64,000 nucleotides of DNA from an uncultured Gemmatimonadaceae bacterium (GTDB taxonomy: Bacteria > Gemmatimonadota > Gemmatimonadetes > Gemmatimonadales > Gemmatimonadaceae): contig CAWHHI010000011.1 in assembly GCA_963829055.1 (NCBI GenBank), forward strand, positions 128,001 to 192,000, read 5' to 3'. The translations under genes and the position numbers were made by a program. Positions 61,446 through 64,000 of this stretch are shown here, in pieces. The notes beneath the pieces are model-generated. The model did not search any database, had not been told where the DNA came from, and was given only the letters and a program-made list of their open reading frames with translations. Position 1 is the stretch's first letter; each line of letters starts with the position of its first letter.

Positions 61446-64000
61446 TCAACACGGGCGGCACTCCGTCGGCGGCTTTGACGTCCCAGGCCATGGGCCCGAC
61501 GGTGGGTGCGCAGCCTCAGGCCCTGGGGCGCGGCGGCAGAGGCCACGGTCGCGCCTGTGGACAAGCCGCCATGCCGAGGCCGCGTATCGCGGCGCGGTAG
61601 GCCGGTCGGACCACAGCGGATCGACGAGTGGGTTGCAGCCGGGAACGACGACCGTCGAGGGAAGCATGCGGAACAACCGGCGCTGACCGGCGCGCGTCGT
61701 GACCAGGCGCAGGAGCGGCGCGCGGTCTCCGAGCAGGAGGTCCGCGAACGCCGCTAGGGCGCCACCGGAGGATCGTCGCCGGCCACGAGCGCCGACCGCA
61801 TCCGTTTCACATCGCCCCAGCGGCCAGCGGCAGCGTACGCGAACAGCAGTCTCACCCGCAGGGAGATCGCGGGAGAGCCGAACGCCGCAGCTCCAGCGTC
61901 CGCACCGCGCTGTCCGGCTGACCGCCGAACGCTTGGGCGAGCCCGAGGCTGGATCGCCAGCGGGAATGTGGAGTCGATCGCCAGGACGCGGCGCGCCTCG
62001 TCCTCCGCCTCGAGAACCGACGCGCGTCGATGAGCGCCGCCGCCAGCAGGTCCCGGCCGACGGCGCCAGCGGGTCGAGTCGCGTCGCCTGCGTCACGCTC
62101 GACGATAGCGTCGTCCGTCGCCCAATCGCCTGAGCATGACGCCGAACGAGTGGTGCGCGTACTGGTTCGACGGCTCGCACGCGGAGCGCGGCGCGATAGT
62201 GCGCCTCCGCCTCAGGGAAGCGGAAGTCGCGGCCGAGAGCGAGCGCCGTGGCGAGCTGCACGTCGGCGAGCGTCGAGTCGAGCGTCAGCGCACTGCCGCG
62301 CGCTCGCCTCGACCAGCGGCGTCGTCGAGTCCGGAGGGTCCGGCGACGTAGACGCCGAGCACGTTGTAGGCGAACGCGAGTGAAACGCGCGTACGCGCGG
62401 GCGAAGGTCGGGTCGCGCGCGATGGCCTGCTGGAAGTACGACGATGGAGCGGGAGACGTTCTTGGCCCCGCGCGCCGTGCCAGTGGTAGCGCCCCTCGAG
62501 GTACAGCTCGTACGCTTCCCCGTCGCTTCGTGCCGCGCCCGACGTCGACCGACATTTCGGGCTCCGCGCCGCGATCCGGTGCCGCGGGTCGCGGGCCCCG
62601 AGAGCGCTAGCGCCGGCACCAGCGCGCAACGACCGCGCGCGTCAGCGAGTCCTGGACGGCGAAGACGTCGCCGGAGCTGACTCTCGTAGACGCTGTCCCA
62701 GAGCACGGTGCCGTCGCGCGGTGCTGACGAGCTGCGTGTTCACGCGGAGGCGGTCGCCCGACGCGGCGCACGGTGCGCGCTGACGAACGCGCTCGACGCC
62801 GAGCGCGCGGCCGATCTCCTGCGCGGTCAGCCGATCTTCCCCTTGAACGCGTAGCTGGACTGTGCGACCCGCGATGCGCAGTCCTGGAAGACCGGGAGCG
62901 CGTGGGCCAGCTCATTCGGTCAGCCCGTCGCTGAAGATAGTCGTGGCGTCGCTCGAGAGCCGCTCGTGTTCGCGAACGGCAGCACGGCCAGCAGTGCGAT
63001 GGAGCGTGCACCGTCGACGCTCGGCCGCGAGCGGCGACTCACGCGGGCGTCAGTTCGGTGCCGTTGCCAGATACACGATGCGCGCCGGCTGCTCACGACG
63101 CGACACGAACGGCCGCGAGCAACGAGCGCGAGCGCCGCCAAGTCCGCGTGACGTGTCGGCCCGACGCCGGACTGACCGCGGATTGACGGAGGCGACGCCG
63201 TTACGGCGATCCAACACACGCAACGACTTCGTCCAGCGCTCTGCGGTCGCTCTTGCGGATCGCTTCGCGAGCAGCCGCCCTACCAGATCACCGAGCGCGC
63301 TCGGAACGTCCGGCCGACGCTGCGCGACGCGGCGCTGGCATCTCGGTCAGATGCGCTGCGGCGAGCGCTTGCGCGGTGCGTCCCGCTGAACGGGTGACTT
63401 CCCGCGAGCATTTCGTACGCGATGACGCCAAGCGCGTAGAGGTCCGCGCGGTGGTTCATTGTCGTGTCGCCGAGCGCTTGCTCCGGCGCCATGTACGCCG
63501 GCGTGCCGAGCGCGACGCCGGTTCCCGTGAGCGTTGCCGACTTCCCCGGATCTCCTTCGGTGGCGGCGGCGACCGCCTTCGCGATGCCGAAGTCCGCGAC
63601 GACCGCGTGGCCGCCGGACAGAAGCACGTTCTCCGGCTTCAGGTCGCGGTGCACGACGCCGTGACCATGCGCGTACGCCAGCGCGTCCGCGAGCTCACGG
63701 AGCAGGCGCACCGCTTCCGAGATCGGAAGGGCACCATTGCGCGCCAGGCGAGCACGGAGCGTCTCGCCGTCGACGTACGGCATGACGTAGTAGAGACGAC
63801 CGTCCGATCTCGCCGGAGTCGTAGACGCTCAGCACGTGCGGGTGCGTGAGCCGCGCAGCGACGCGGATCTCCCGCAGGAACCGCTCGGCGCCCATGGATG
63901 CGACCGTCGGCTCGAGGACCTTTACCGCAACGTCGGCGCTCATGGCGCAGGTCGCGCGCGAGATAGACCGTCGCCATGCCGCCGCGTCCGAGCTCGCGGC
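61446..64000 (-). CDS. Ser/Thr kinase with TolB-like/TPR C-terminus; starts beyond the window, heavily frameshifted
   Basis: [58 protein letters not shown] fragments; end approximate. Confidence 0.8.

Overview
High-GC (my estimate is about 68-70%) bacterial chromosomal window. The gene repertoire (ADOP-type ABC permeases, membrane Ser/Thr kinase-TPR proteins, LytS/LytTR, ABC-permease/M1 peptidase fusions) suggests Gemmatimonadota, which is an inference. It holds about 50 CDS and no rRNA, tRNA, CRISPR array, integrase or transposase that I could recognise. Many genes carry single-base frameshifts that become denser toward the right end, most likely assembly errors. Main candidates for new biology: (1) a protease-signalling locus at 6.9-17.1 kb made of a Ser/Thr kinase-TPR, a 97-aa peptide of 14-aa tandem repeats, a caspase with a DUF4384-like tail, and a convergent CHAT-nSTAND-TM-WD40 protein, where the two proteases share an identical RDIGRKS motif written with different codons; (2) a TPR protein / 60-aa lipopeptide with a C-terminal Cys-x7-Cys loop / AraC regulator trio at 24.3-26.6 kb that looks like a peptide-signalling cassette; (3) a Met/Cys leader-peptide attenuator, next to a 255-bp fold-back element, upstream of an organosulfur operon; (4) a strongly iterated non-palindromic motif CGTTAGGC/GCCTAACG that overrides codon bias; (5) several REP-like families, some of which have inserted in frame into proteins.
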